This document shows positions 47,609 through 59,991 of a stretch of 64,000 nt of DNA, one piece after another (position 1 is the stretch's first letter; each line of letters starts with the position of its first letter). The position numbers and the translations under genes were made by a program. The stretch covers positions 1 through 64,000 of the forward strand of contig JAPEUG010000013.1 of assembly GCA_026025795.1 (NCBI GenBank). Reading direction: 5' to 3'. Source of the stretch: Thelocarpon superellum. Lineage: Eukaryota. The notes under the pieces were generated by a model. It saw only the letters and a list, made by a program, of their open reading frames with translations. It ran no database searches and had not been told where the DNA came from.

Positions 47609-50600
47609 ATGAGCGCCGCTCCTCCCTCAGGCTTTTCGCGCGGCCTGCATCAGCATGAGCTTCGCACGGCCTCCTCGTCCGAGCGACTCGCCGACCACCT
47701 CGAGAAACCGTCGCTCGATGACAGGTCATATCGCGTCATCCGTCTTCCGAACAAGCTCGAGGCGCTCCTCGTTCATGATGGGGAGACGGACAAGGCGAGC
47801 GCCGCCCTGGACGTAAATGTGGGGAACTTCAGCGACAAATCTGACATGCCCGGCATGGCCCATGCTGTTGAGCATCTTCTGTTCATGGGGACCGAGAAGG
47901 TTGGTGGGATCTGCGACCCGGCTCATCTTCCTGCTCATCGGTCCATAGTATCCGGTGGAGAACGCTTATAGCCAGTACCTCACCTCCCACTCCGGCTACT
48001 CCAACGCCTACACCGCCTCCACCTCGACCAACTACTACTTCGAAGTTGCAGCATCCGCGGGGACGGATACTACCACCCACGGTGCAGCCGATGCGCCGTC
48101 GGCCAATCTCGCCGACTCCCCGCTCTACGGCGCTCTAGACCGCTTTGCGCAGTTCTTCATTGCACCTTTGTTTCTATCCTCAACCCTTGACCGAGAGCTC
48201 AAGGCCGTCGATTCGGAGAACAAGAAGAATCTTCAGAGCGACACGTGGCGTTTGAATCAACTGAACAAATCTCTCTCCAACCCGAAACATCCCTACTGCC
48301 ATTTCTCCACGGGCAACCTCGAGACGCTTCGCGACGCGCCGAAGCAGCGGGGGATCGACGTGCGTGCCGAGTTCATTCAGTTTCACGAAGCACACTATTC
48401 TGCCAATCGCATGAAGCTGGTCGTCCTCGGCCGAGAACCGCTCGATGTCTTGCAACAGTGGGTGGAGGAGCTGTTCGCCGGCGTGCGGAATAAAGACCTG
48501 CCGCAGAACCGGTGGGATGACGAGCAGCCCCTGACGAAACGAGAACTCCTGATGCAGTACTTTGCCAAACCCGTCATGGACTCGCGAGAATTGGACATCT
48601 ACTTCCCCTTCCTGGACGAGGAGAATCTCTTCGAGACGCAACCAAGTCGCTACCTGGCCCACCTGATTGGCCACGAAGGACCTGGCAGCATTCTCGCCCT
48701 GATCAAAGCCAAGGGTTGGGCGAACGGTCTGGGGGCCGGCAGCATGCCCGTCTGTCCCGGCTCGGCCCTGTTTGGCATCTCCATTCGCCTCACGGTGGAC
48801 GGGCTCAAGCACTACAAGGAGATTGTCAAGATCGTCTTTCACTACATTTCCCTCTTGAAGTTGACGCCGCCGCAGGAGTGGATTGTCGAGGAGATGAAGG
48901 GCATGGCCGAGGTAGACTTTCGTTTCAAGCAAAAGTCGCCTGCAAGCAAATTCACCAGCCGGATCAGCTCGGTCATGCAGAAGCCACTTCCGCGCGAGCT
49001 GCTGCTCAGTGGCCTGTCGCTGATCCGTCGCTTTGACGCCGACCTGATCACCCAGGCGCTCAGTTACCTTCGGGCCGACAACTTCCGTCTGTCGATTGTG
49101 AGCCAGGATCTCTCTGATGGCTTGGACCAGAAGGAGCGCTGGTATGGCACGGAATACCGCAACGAGCAGATTCCCGCCGACTTTCTGGAGGAGATTCAGC
49201 GCGTGGCCGATGGCCACTGCCGGTCCGATCTGCCCGAGCTCTACCTGCCGGGCAAGAATGAGTTCATCCCCACCAAGCTCGAGGTGGAGAAGAAGGAGGT
49301 GGCGGAGCCGCTCAAAGCCCCCAGGTTGATTCGGAATGACGAAGGGGTGCGGATCTGGTGGAAGAAGGATGACCGGTTCTGGGTACCCAAAGGGAATGTG
49401 TGGATCACGCTGCGCAATCCGCTGGTCAACGCAACGCCGGAGAATGCAGTCAAGACGAAGCTGTACTGCGAGCTCGTCAATGACGCGCTGGTGGAGTATT
49501 CATACGACGCCGAGCTCGCGGGGCTCAATTATGGGCTCAGCAGTGACTCGCTTGGCCTGGACGTGGACGTGTCGGGCTACAACGACAAGATGCCGGTGCT
49601 TCTCGAGAAGGTGCTGGGGAGCATGCGCGATCTGGAGGTGAAGCCCGATCGATTCAAGGTGGTCAAGGAGCGACTGTTGAGGGCCTATCGCAACTGGGAC
49701 TTCCAGCAGCCCTACCAACAGGTGGGCGAGTTCACCCGCTGGCTGAACAATGAGCGGGGCTGGACCAACGAGCAATGTCTGGCCGAGCTGCCGCGTCTCA
49801 CGGTCCAAGACATTCAAGAGTTTCATCCGCAGTTGCTGCGGCAGGTGCACGTGGAAGCGTTGGCACATGGCAATCTCTACAAGGAAGATGCATTGCGACT
49901 GAGTCGACTGGTGGAGACGACGCTCAAACCACGACCTTTGCCTCCGTCGCAGTGGACCATCGAGCGATCGTTGATCTTACCGCCGGCGAGCGACTTCACC
50001 TATCAGCGGACGCTCAAGGATCCCGCCAACGTCAACCATTGCATTGAGTACTTTCTGTTCATTGGCGACTGTGCCGACCGAGCCCTCCGTGCGCGGCTGT
50101 TGCTGTTCGCCCAAACCACGGACGAGCCGGCTTTTGATCAGCTGCGCACCAAGGAACAGCTAGGATATATCGTCTTCACGGGGCCACGGATGCAGGCGAC
50201 GACGATGGGATATCGGGTCTTGATTCAGAGCGAGCGCACGACGGAATATCTCGAGACACGCATCGATGCGTTCCTTCAAGGGTTTGCCAAGGTGCTGGCC
50301 GACATGACGCCCGAGGCGTTTGAGGGGCACAAACGAAGTTTGATCAACAAGCGGCGGGAGAAGTTGAAGAACCTGGGACAGGAGAGTCAACGATTCTGGA
50401 GTCATATTGGGACAGAATACTTTGATTTCGAACAGGGTGAGCGACGCTGCGTTTGCAATGATGATCAGCCGCCTGACGTGCCTCGCAGTGGACCACGACG
50501 TGGCGAACCTCCAGGCCTTGAGCAAGGCGGACCTGGTGGAGTTCTATGCGCACTACATCAGTCCACAATCGACGCAACGGGCCAAGATTGCCGTGCACAT

Positions 50601-51165
50601 GGTTGCGCAGTCATCGCCGTCGGAAATTGCCAAGAACACGAATCCTGACGAGCAGAAACGCAGCGTGTTACTGCTGGTCGGCCAGTTTCTGAACTCGCAG
50701 GGGATCGAGATGGAGACGGAGAAGGTCGAGGCGCGGTTTGCGGACGTCGACATGACGATCGACGCAGGCACGAGCATCGTCGCGGCTATGACGGCCTATC
50801 TCCGGGATGACCTGAAACTGGAGGATGCAAAGGTGCAAGACGTGGTCGACGCGGGCCAGAAGGTCATGGGGACGGTGTTGCCGAGTCTGGGCATCAACAT
50901 GGACTCAATCACGTCGGGCTCGCCTCCATCCGCCGAGGGGACGACGAATGGCGCGACTCTGGACGGCTCCACCACGTCCGCCTCCACCACCGCTACGACG
51001 AGTAGCGCCATGACGCCGAAAGCGAGCGAAGGCGCAGCACCAGCGAAGCAAGCGACGACGCTCATCCAAGACGTGCATGCTTACAAAGCCGGTCTGAAAG
51101 CCAGCGTTGGTGCTAGACCCGTCAAGGATCTGAGTGAATTCGAGGAGGCGGAGCCGAAGTTGTAG
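47609..51165 (+). CDS. STE23: Insulysin/Ste23 M16A metalloprotease (2 introns; upstream in-frame ATGs at 47318 and 47357)
   Basis: DDRSYRVIRLPNKLEALLVHD, GMAHAVEHLLFMGTEK|YP (HxxEH), FDQLRTKEQLGYIV; ends ..EAEPKL*. Confidence 0.96.
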
Positions 51166-51603
51166 GAGAACGCCGTGGTGATTGGGTGAGGAGGGAAGGG
51201 GAAGGGCAAGGCGAAGGCGAAGAAGGGACTAAACGAGGATAGAAAGCACCGTTCCAAGGAGGAAGGCTGCAAGGAAATGGCAAAAGCAAAGGAGGACGGG
51301 AAGAAAGAAAGAGAAGAGGAAGAAGACGAAAAAAGGAGCGAAGGCGGACATTGAAAGAGAACAGGAGCGATAACGTTAAAGCCAAACTAAGCCCAAACTC
51401 GTTATATCACTATCGAGAACGCCATCCCCCCGCCCTCCCCCCCTCCCAAAAGATGATTCGATTTTGATATTTGGCGTGATGAAAATACTCGACTACAATT
51501 CACAGAGAAGTTGAGTGGGGGGGGTGAAATCATCTCATTCAGCCCAAGAATGTAACCAAGGTACTATTAAGCCGATCCCATCTCTCCCGTCCCTGCTCTC
51601 ATC

Positions 51604-51630
51604 GTGTGTGTGTGTGTGTGTGTGTGTGTG
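51604..51630. repeat. (GT)n microsatellite
   Basis: Read directly. Confidence 0.95.
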
Positions 51631-52273
51631 CGTATGCGGAATAAAGAGCGGAAAACATGTGGGAAATGTGAGTGTGAAAGCGAAGGCGAAAGCGAAAGCG
51701 AAAGCGAAAACGAACAGTTCGTCCAGCACGCCAGCCGAGCTCGAGCAGGGACCGAGACCGAGAACCCATTGTCCTCGCTCTCGTCCTCGCGAGCACCCGG
51801 TAGCTGGGTGGGGTAACATTGTAGAATCGTGACATGGGGATGGGAGAAACGTGACATGACGGAGGAAATGGTAAGCAGATGAGCAAGAAATGCGCAGAAA
51901 ACCAGGGGAAACGCAAAACAGAGGTAGTAGGACTTTTATACACACACACCATCAAGAGCAAAGAAAGCCAGATTCAGGGTGTAGAGCGTTTGTAGACCGA
52001 TCGGGTCGCACATCTCTCTCCATCTCCTCTCCCTGGTCTTCTTGTCCTCTCAGCTTCGACGGCTCGTCGCTCCACATGTCGCTCAAGCTGCAGAGAGTCA
52101 CACTCGGTCTGTCGGGGACTCGTTCAAGGGTTTATCTGCGCGAGCGGGAGGAGGAGAAGAGCCGGAAGGCGGGGTCGCGTGAAGGACGATCGCGTAAATG
52201 AGAGTGGGGTTGAGAGGGTGATGATCAGGCAGGAGAGAGAGACGATGGCGCCGTCACTGCTGCGAGTCGTTGC

Positions 52274-52546
52274 TCAGAGGATTTCCCACGCCTCGGCTTC
52301 GGAGTCGGATGTAGTGGTTCGGTGGCTGATGAGGTCCCATTCGATGTTCTCGGTGGTGTGGGTGGAGGCGTCGACGTCGACGTCGACGTCGACGTCTTCG
52401 TCTTCATCTTCGTCGTCACGGCCATTCTGCTCGACTTCTTCATCATGCACTTCACTCTCCTCACCCTCGCTCGTCTCGAACAGTAGACCCAATCGTATTA
52501 AATCCTGAAACGCCCAAAGAGGACACAGCCACGAATAAGTCTTCAT
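52274..52546 (-). CDS. Possible acidic ORF or alternative terminal exon with W-x-x-I/L motifs
   Basis: ..DLIRLGLLFETSEGEESEVHDEE..DEDEDEDVDVD..ENIEWDLI..SEAEAWEIL*. The acidic tract is partly microsatellite-derived. Confidence 0.4.
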   Translation of the reverse strand: MKTYSWLCPLWAFQDLIRLGLLFETSEGEESEVHDEEVEQNGRDDEDEDEDVDVDVDVDASTHTTENIEWDLISHRTTTSDSEAEAWEIL

Positions 52547-52670
52547 TCGTTCAAAAAGGCCCAGCGACGGCAGGGCAGGGCAGGGCCGGCACCACTCATG
52601 GGCGGCCAGGCCAAGCCGACAGGCAGCGCTATCGACGGGTGGAGGGATGATGGAGGGAGGGAAGGCAGGG

Positions 52671-53042
52671 TCATGGATCAATGTAGTCCACGCCGTCGAA
52701 GAGAGATAGCACCACCTGCAGCATAGGCCCGCAGAGGCTCACCTCGTCACCCACTTCACCACCAAAGATTCTTTGCTGCTCCGCTTCCAACTGTGCTGCT
52801 ACCGCCGCCGCCGCCGTCTCGACACCTTCCCCCCGCCATCGGGTATCTACTTGCTGTCGTGTCCGCAGAGTGACGTTTCGAGATCCGATGTTGGGACGAG
52901 AGTTGGAGACAGGGTTAAGGAGCATGCCTTCGGGGCCAATTTGATATGCCAGGTCGAGACCTTCCATCGACTCGAGACAAAGGGTACGATGGGCGACGCT
53001 GACGGGCTTCCGCGTCCGGCGGCGGTTATGTCGGTTCCCCAT
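52671..53042 (-). CDS. Small hypothetical protein (123 aa) with basic N-terminus
   Basis: ATCATGG start, MGNRHNRRRTRK, and an ordered-looking C-terminus EQQRIFGGEVGDEVSLC..FDGVDYIDP. TATAAA lies about 130 bp upstream. Confidence 0.7.
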   Translation of the reverse strand: MGNRHNRRRTRKPVSVAHRTLCLESMEGLDLAYQIGPEGMLLNPVSNSRPNIGSRNVTLRTRQQVDTRWRGEGVETAAAAVAAQLEAEQQRIFGGEVGDEVSLCGPMLQVVLSLFDGVDYIDP

Positions 53043-53169
53043 GATTACTTCGTGCCGAATCGATTGAGAGGATGGTGGATGGTGGATGGTGCCAAGTGAG
53101 GGGAGAAAGAGGGGAGGGTGGAAAGCCGGATGGCAATGGGAAGGTCAACGAAGAGCGAATTCAGACCTC

Positions 53170-53501
53170 TTTATATCCACGTTCTAACCAGGACAAAATA
53201 CTAAAGGTGTGCAAGGGAAGAGTGTGGCTGTGAGTCAAGGGAACCTACCGGTGACTCAACCGGCAGGGGAAACGTCACGCGTCATACTCCACGAACCAGT
53301 ATGAAAGTACCGAGGACTCGGACGAGTGCCCACCCTACGACCACCACACTACTACCTCGTAGTATGTAGTAGTCAGAGCAGTCGTATGAGGTTGTCCGAG
53401 TCACCGGACATGACGCTTTGACGATTGATCGTAAGGCTGAATCGAAGGCCAACGACCTGCACCGGTGCGCGCAAGCGTGTTCTCGAGAGGAGTGTGAGTC
53501 A
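53170..53501 (-). promoter_or_regulatory. TATA box plus three TGASTCA (Gcn4/CpcA/AP-1-type) sites
   Basis: TATAAA on the minus strand at 53175-53170; TGAGTCA 53231-53237, TGACTCA 53252-53258, TGAGTCA 53495-53501. Confidence 0.65.
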
Positions 53502-54317
53502 CGACGGATCTTTCATCCGAGCCAGACTCCGACCAGCAATTCCCGTCCAGATAGACGATTGCTCTAGCCCATCTTGAAATGGGTCCTCTTAGCTTCATCG
53601 TGCAAGTCAACGTGGTTGATATGCTCGAATCACCCTGTGTTTGTCCGTGGCTTGAAGGCGTCCGGTGACGATGTTCCTGCAGGGCTATTATTGTCGAGAC
53701 CATGCACTATGAGAGAGCGAGCGAGCGTGGAAGCGAAGCGTCTCTCGCAGTGGCAAGGCTGCCTCGTAGACGTTGGAGTCTGCCCTGCCTCGCTCCCTCT
53801 CAGCCTCGTCCAATTGACGGCTAGCCTTACCGAGGATTCTTCCTCGGCCCAGCGATGGGCGCTTGTACGAATACGACGGCATCGTTCGTGTACTTCGTAC
53901 TGTGTTCAAGTCACGCGACCTTGCTATCTCTGGCTCCAGCGAACCCTCATGGTTTGAACTCTCATGGCCGAGATCCATCCGGCAACACCACGGACATGTG
54001 AGATGCAACGTAAAAGTACCATTGACCAGGAAGCATGCGACACCGACTCAAGCGCAGTCATCACAACCTCGCTCACTTCCTGCTATGATTGTCGGGAGTC
54101 TGAAGCGACCTGGTTGTCTCAGCGGGCTTGCGGGCTTCTCCCTTGCTCTAAGACCCTGATCTCGTCCGTTGGATCTCTTCATTCGAATCTGGCCAACTGT
54201 CCGATGTGCGGTGAAGATGTGAGAGCGAATATCGAGAGTTGTCGTCGTTACCTACGTGTCATACGTAACGCCGAAAGCTGGCCAGAAAACAGTATCCTGG
54301 TAACTGATATCCTCCGC

Positions 54318-56023
54318 TCACCCATCAACGATGAAAGATCCACTCCCTCCTGTCCCTTGACCAGCCCGCTGCCCCACTTTCTGAGAACAATCTCTACCTT
54401 CTTCAATGAGGTCGGTCATCTCGCTGCCTTTGGGCGCCGTCGTCAAATTCTCGTAGCCATCATGCGTTACGAGAATGTCGTCTTCAATCCGCACTCCCCC
54501 GACCGCCCAGTACTGCTCGAGGACGTCGCGATTGATGTATTTGGTATGAGTCGACGATTGCGCATACACATGCTCATAAGCATAACGCGAGAAATAGCTG
54601 GTGGAAGTCAGTCTTGCTTCCGGCTTCAGGCTGGCAGCAGGTTAGGTTTTGGAGCTCATCTGCACTCACATCCCCGGTTCCACGGTAATCACCATGCTCT
54701 CCTCAAGGACCTGGGGATCCCAGGCGAGCGGGGAGTGTTGGTCGGAGGTGGGCCCCACGGGACATTGCTCTACTTCCTTCCGTCCCAGGAGCTCGCTGGT
54801 GTAGACGTCGTGGCATTCGAGCCCCAGATGATGGGAGAGGCCATGAGGATAGAAGAACATGGACGTTCGCGCCTCGAGGATCTCCTCGGCCGTGCCATTG
54901 TGGAGGAGGCCCAGGCGAAGGAGTCCGGCAATCGCGATCTTGTGGGCCATGACGTGGAGGTCCAAGAGTCGCACGCCAGGCTTGACCCGCTCAACGCAAC
55001 TGCGTTGCATCTCATCCACGATCGTATAGATGGCCTTGGCCTCCGTTGACCAACCCCGCAACGGAAAGGTCCGAGTCACGTCCGAGGCATAGCAGTTCCA
55101 CTCGCATCCGGCATCGAGACAGACCAGCCGTCGACCGCGCAACGGCTCGTCGTTCTTGACGTAGTGCAGGGTGCTCGCGTTCTCGCCCGACGCCGCGATG
55201 ACTTCGTAGGCCTGGTGCTTCGCGCCTCGGGAGATGCAGGCGTCCACGAACGCGGCCTGGATCTCCATCTCGTTCTTCATCCGCCCCACCGCCCCCAGCA
55301 CGGCGCGATGGGCCGCGGCGGTGATCTCGTTCGCGCGCCGGATCAGCTGGATCTCGTGCGGAGACTTCCGCACCCGGGCCTTGTCCATCGCCGCCTGGAG
55401 CTGCTTCGAGTCCACTCGTTGCGATGCCAGGGCCGTCCCCCGCCCTCCGAACTCGAACATGGGGGGCGATTGGTCGGGATGGAGGACGTAGAGGGACGCC
55501 TCACGATTATGATGCAGCCAGGCCTGTACGTCGTTCCGCAGACACTGCACCGGCGACACGTCGTCCACGTCGTATCTGCGGAGGCATCAAGATGAGTGCG
55601 TGGTCACGACGCCCGTTGGGGCAAGACGCACCGGCGCCGGGCCTCGTCGAGCGAGAGCATGGGCCCATTCCAGATCACCGTGTCGGGCGTGACGGGCGGG
55701 ATGTACAGCTGGAGATGCTGCGTGCGCAGGTCGTAGGTGAGGTGGCAGCCTGGCTCATCGACGCCCGTCATGTAGAAGAAGTACCGGCGCTGTCGGAAGG
55801 GTCGCGGCCGGTCGGAATCTCGATAGTTGGAGATCCAGTCCCCTCGAAGATAGACCAAGCCCCTCGACGCTCCGAGGTACCTGGCCACGGATCCCGCATG
55901 TTGTTTAGCTACGCGCCGTCAGAAATCGCGATTCATCGTGCGCTCTCCGTGAGGCTGAGGCTGACCGGGATACTTGTCGACCTCGGACTTGCTCCCGCGT
56001 AGCTGGATGCGATAAGAAGCCAT
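54318..56023 (-). CDS. pepP: Xaa-Pro aminopeptidase/prolidase (M24B), several introns
   Basis: [70 protein letters not shown]. Confidence 0.93.
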
Positions 56024-57016
56024 CCTGGACGGCGACGGTCAGCGTTCGACGACCCGATCTCTGCATGACCCGACTCACATATCGACGACCGGTCCGCGCG
56101 TGGAATCGGAGAGGATCACGCTCGTCGTTCTGAGGCATTAGGATTTGGTGGTTGCCGCACTGCCCATTGGGACACGAGGCTGGCGAAGGACGATCCCGGT
56201 CGACGGGACAAGTCACGCGATGGCGTTTCAGCCTGACCGGACTCGATGAATAACACCCCCGCATACCCACGCAATGCAGCGGCTGCTCCACCCAGGCCAG
56301 GCACCGCGTCGTCCGCGGCGATGTCAGTGGTCGCCCACGTCTACGTCTGCTTGCTACGTCATGGGACGACAGTAGTTACGGGGCCAGGTCCTATTCTCGC
56401 CGGGTCTAATGCTCTGGATCATCTCCCGATGAGGCAGGGTCAGGGCAAAGAACAATAGATGCAGGTCTTCGGGGACAGAACAGGCGGATTGTATGGGCAT
56501 CAACTCATGCGTACAGGGAAGTCTTGCGCGCGTGTTCAAGCTGGGGAGCCGTAACAATGCGGTGATATGTCAGACGCTGAGCTTAGGCTAGGGTGTGAGG
56601 GAGCTATGTACATGGGGCGTGGCGATCGTCAGGTGGGCAAGGGGGAGGGGAGGGACCTGGGATGGGCGGGGAAAGGGGTGAGGGGCATGTCTCTGGGCGG
56701 GCGAGTAACCGGGCGTGGGAGGGCGGGGGCGGAGGGCAAAGGGGTGGCGATGTCGACGTTGAGTATCGTGGGGGCGCTTGAGGAAGGGGCTGGAAAGGGA
56801 TGGGAGCATCAGACGGAGCGCCCCTCCAGATCATGTCTCCGCCGGCTCGGGGGCAAAGATTCTACGGTGCATGCGGATCAACATGGTATCTCCTCGGCGA
56901 CCCCGAGCTGGGAGCCCAGGCTTGCTTCCGAGCGGGGCGAGGGGGCATGTCGCCAGTACGGGGCGCTTGATGCCTGTCGTCCGAGAGAGGCGGCGGACGG
57001 AAGCAGGGACCCAGGG

Positions 57017-59991
57017 TCACGCTTGCTGAACGCCTTGGACGCCGCCGATCTGCCGTTTGACTTGCTCGCGTGCCCACCTGGCCGTGTCGATGGTCCGGGG
57101 CTGCGCGTCGCGGTTTGTTCGAGCCTCTTTGATCATGTGGCTGATCCAATCGGCCCGGTAGAAGTTGGCGTAGTCACCGTTCGGAAAGGCGTCGGCCAGA
57201 TCCCTGCAGCCATTAGCCTTGGGCCGGCCCATCGGCGCTGTGTGCCGTCCTTTTCCGCGACAACACCTACCCAATGACGCCGAGCGAGGAACGCAGCAGA
57301 CTCTCGCTGCGGTTCGTGTCTAGCCACACGGAATTCAGAAACTGGAAGATGGCTTCCACGTAAGGTCGAAGTAGTTCCGCTGCGACACGCCCGAGCGTCA
57401 GCGATGCGAGGTCGGGGGCGCGCGTCACCGACCGGGCAGACTGCTTACTCTTGCCGCTAGCCTTCATGGCGAGGACGATGCCACCCCAGGCATCCATGAT
57501 CCCTTCACGGAGCGAGACGACGTATTCGAGCATCTCGTACGTGCCGATCGGACTGGCCGTGACCGTCGCCGCCTGTTGCAGGACCTGCGAGACCACGGAC
57601 AAGTACGTCTCAAAATGGCCGCTGATGGATTGGGCAATGTCGCCAAAGCACTGGAGGATGGCGGGTTTGAACTGATTGCTCAACGTGGTGCTCTGCCGCT
57701 CGTCAGCACGGGGCCTCGACCTCACGAACCAGGGGAGGGACGGACGCGTAGATTGTTCAGGAGATAGTTCATGATGGTGTCGCAATACGGCTGCGACAAC
57801 TCGCCCAGCGCACGCACGATGTCGCTCACCAGGCCAATGGCCATGGAGCAGAGGGCCGGTTCGTCCTGATTGCCGAGCGCGCTGTACAAGGGCGGGGCGA
57901 AGGATTCCATGTATTTGGCAAAGGCCTCGTCCAGCGCGTTGGCCAAGCCACCCACCGCCGCGAAGACGGTGTCGGGCACGCTGGACTTGGGGCCGACGGA
58001 TTGGAGCAAGGCGAGCAGGACGTGCATGATGCGGTCGGCCTGCGGCTGGATCTCGCCCTCCAGCCGCTGGATGATGGACAGCAGCACGCTCGTCAGGCTC
58101 GTCTGCATCTCCTCCAGCGTGATGCGATCCTCCACCCCGACCACCTGGCTCTGCATCGGGATCGTGTTCTCCAGCCGTTGCAAGATGACGTCGGAGAGCT
58201 TGGCGACGATGGGCAGACTGTCGATGGCGGCGTTGGCCACAAAGGCGTTGAGCACCTCGTAGGCCGCCGTGCGCAGCTGGTTGTCCGTGTCGTTCTGCTC
58301 CGTGAGCTGCAGCACGTGCGTCACGCTGTCCTGGAAGTGCTTGGACAGCGGATTCTGCGCCGTCCCGGGCTCACCGGCGAAGCGATCGGCGAGGTTCATC
58401 AAGGCCCAGCAGCACGAGGCGGCCATCTTGGGGTTGGTCGACAGGCCGGTGAAGAGGGAGGAGATGAGGTGGGGGAGGTGCGTGTGGGCGTCGATGGAGT
58501 CGGGCACGCTCTCGCAGATGCGGCCGAGGGCGTAGGCGGCCGAGTCTTTGACCTGCACCACCTTGTCGTCCATCATGCCAATCAGCACCGGCAAGGCCTG
58601 CTTCACGAGCGGGTCGAGCATCTTGTCGTCCGGTCCCTCCATGACGGCGCCAAAGGCCGAGACGGCGGCGTCGCGGTTGTGCCAGTCCTCGTGGCGCAGG
58701 TTCTGCTCCACGAACGCCAGGACGGGCGGGATGACGGCGCTGCCGACGGCCTGGGCGTAGAGCTGCAGGCATTGGTAGGCGGCGCGCGCGACGTTGTAGT
58801 CGTCGTCGGCCGCGTCCTCGTCTTGCTTGGCCAGGAGCAGCAGCAGCACGGGGACGACCTCGAGCGTGGCGACGCGGGCGAAATTGAAGTAGGGTCGCAT
58901 CTCGCCAGCGCTTTCGGCCGCGGCCTGGGCGTTGTCGTCCTCAATGGCAATCTCCTCCTCGCACACGGTGCACCAGAACTCGACGGCCAGCTTGGCCACG
59001 TCCTCCTGCTCCGACTTCATGCCCATGATGGTCAGGCCGAAGAGGGCCTTCTCCATGTAGAAGCGCATCTTGTCGTAGTAGAGAGCCATGATGCGGTTGA
59101 GGCAGCCGAAGGCGCCCTCTTGTATCCGGTTGTCGTCGGACTGTGTGGCCTCGCAGATGACCTGCATGATGTAGTTGCGCTCGCCCTCGTTCTCGAAGTT
59201 CGTGCGCACAAACTCGAGCGAGTCGCCGAGGGCAGAGACGGCGGCGAGCCGGACCTCGATGTTGGCCTCCTCCTTGCGGGCGCCCTGGACGACGGCGGTC
59301 AAGATGGCATTGGAGTGCTGCCCGAGGCTGTCGCGCAGGTCAGTGTCCTCGGTCTCGCAGATGTACCCGATGGTCACGAGCGAGGCCTGCTTCAGGTGAT
59401 CGGCACCGTCGCCGACGTTGTGCACAAGGGCTGGCATCAGCTCCGGCCATTGCTCGCGCGGGATCTCGATGGCGGCGATGGAGGCGATGAATTGGGCCGC
59501 CGACTGGGCCGCCTTGGCATCGCCGGCCGAGAGGGTGCGGAGGGCGAGGTCCTTGACAGACTTCTTGACCTGGGGGTCGACGTGTTGCAGCCATTTCTCC
59601 TGTACCTCCTGCAATCGTGGGAACTCGCGCGAGGAGAAGGCGTTCTTGAGCGCGATTCCGGCAGCGGAACGGATGTGGGTCTGCGCCTGTTCGTTGGCCA
59701 GCTCTTGGGCGAGGGTCGTGACATAGCCGGACTACGCCGGGCAGGTCAGCGTGGGCTTCTCCTTCGCGCCGTGGGAGAGATGGGGCACGTACAAAGTCCA
59801 CGTCGGCCGCCTGGGACAGCTGCTGCTCCGCGTTCTGACGTGTGGCCGCATCTGCGCGTCGTTAGCCCTGCTCCTGGCCAAGCCCCTGATCATCGTGCTG
59901 TGCAGCTCGGTCGGCGACGGCGCTGGCGGTGGGAGCCGTGGAGGGACCTACCAGGGGAGAGGGTGCTCTCCAGCACCTGGGTGACATTCAT
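57017..59991 (-). CDS. KAP95: Importin beta-1 (Kap95), multi-exon
   Basis: MNVTQVLESTLSP, AAGIALKNAF, NFENEGERNYIMQVICEAT, AVEFWCTVCEEE, WHNRDAAVSAFG, KPAILQCFGDIA, TARWAREQVK. Confidence 0.97.

Noticed and set aside
55905..56291. ORF listed as plus strand in the track
   Set aside because: Its translation matches the minus strand (TTA at 55905 is a reverse TAA) and it reads through pepP introns out of frame; not a separate gene.
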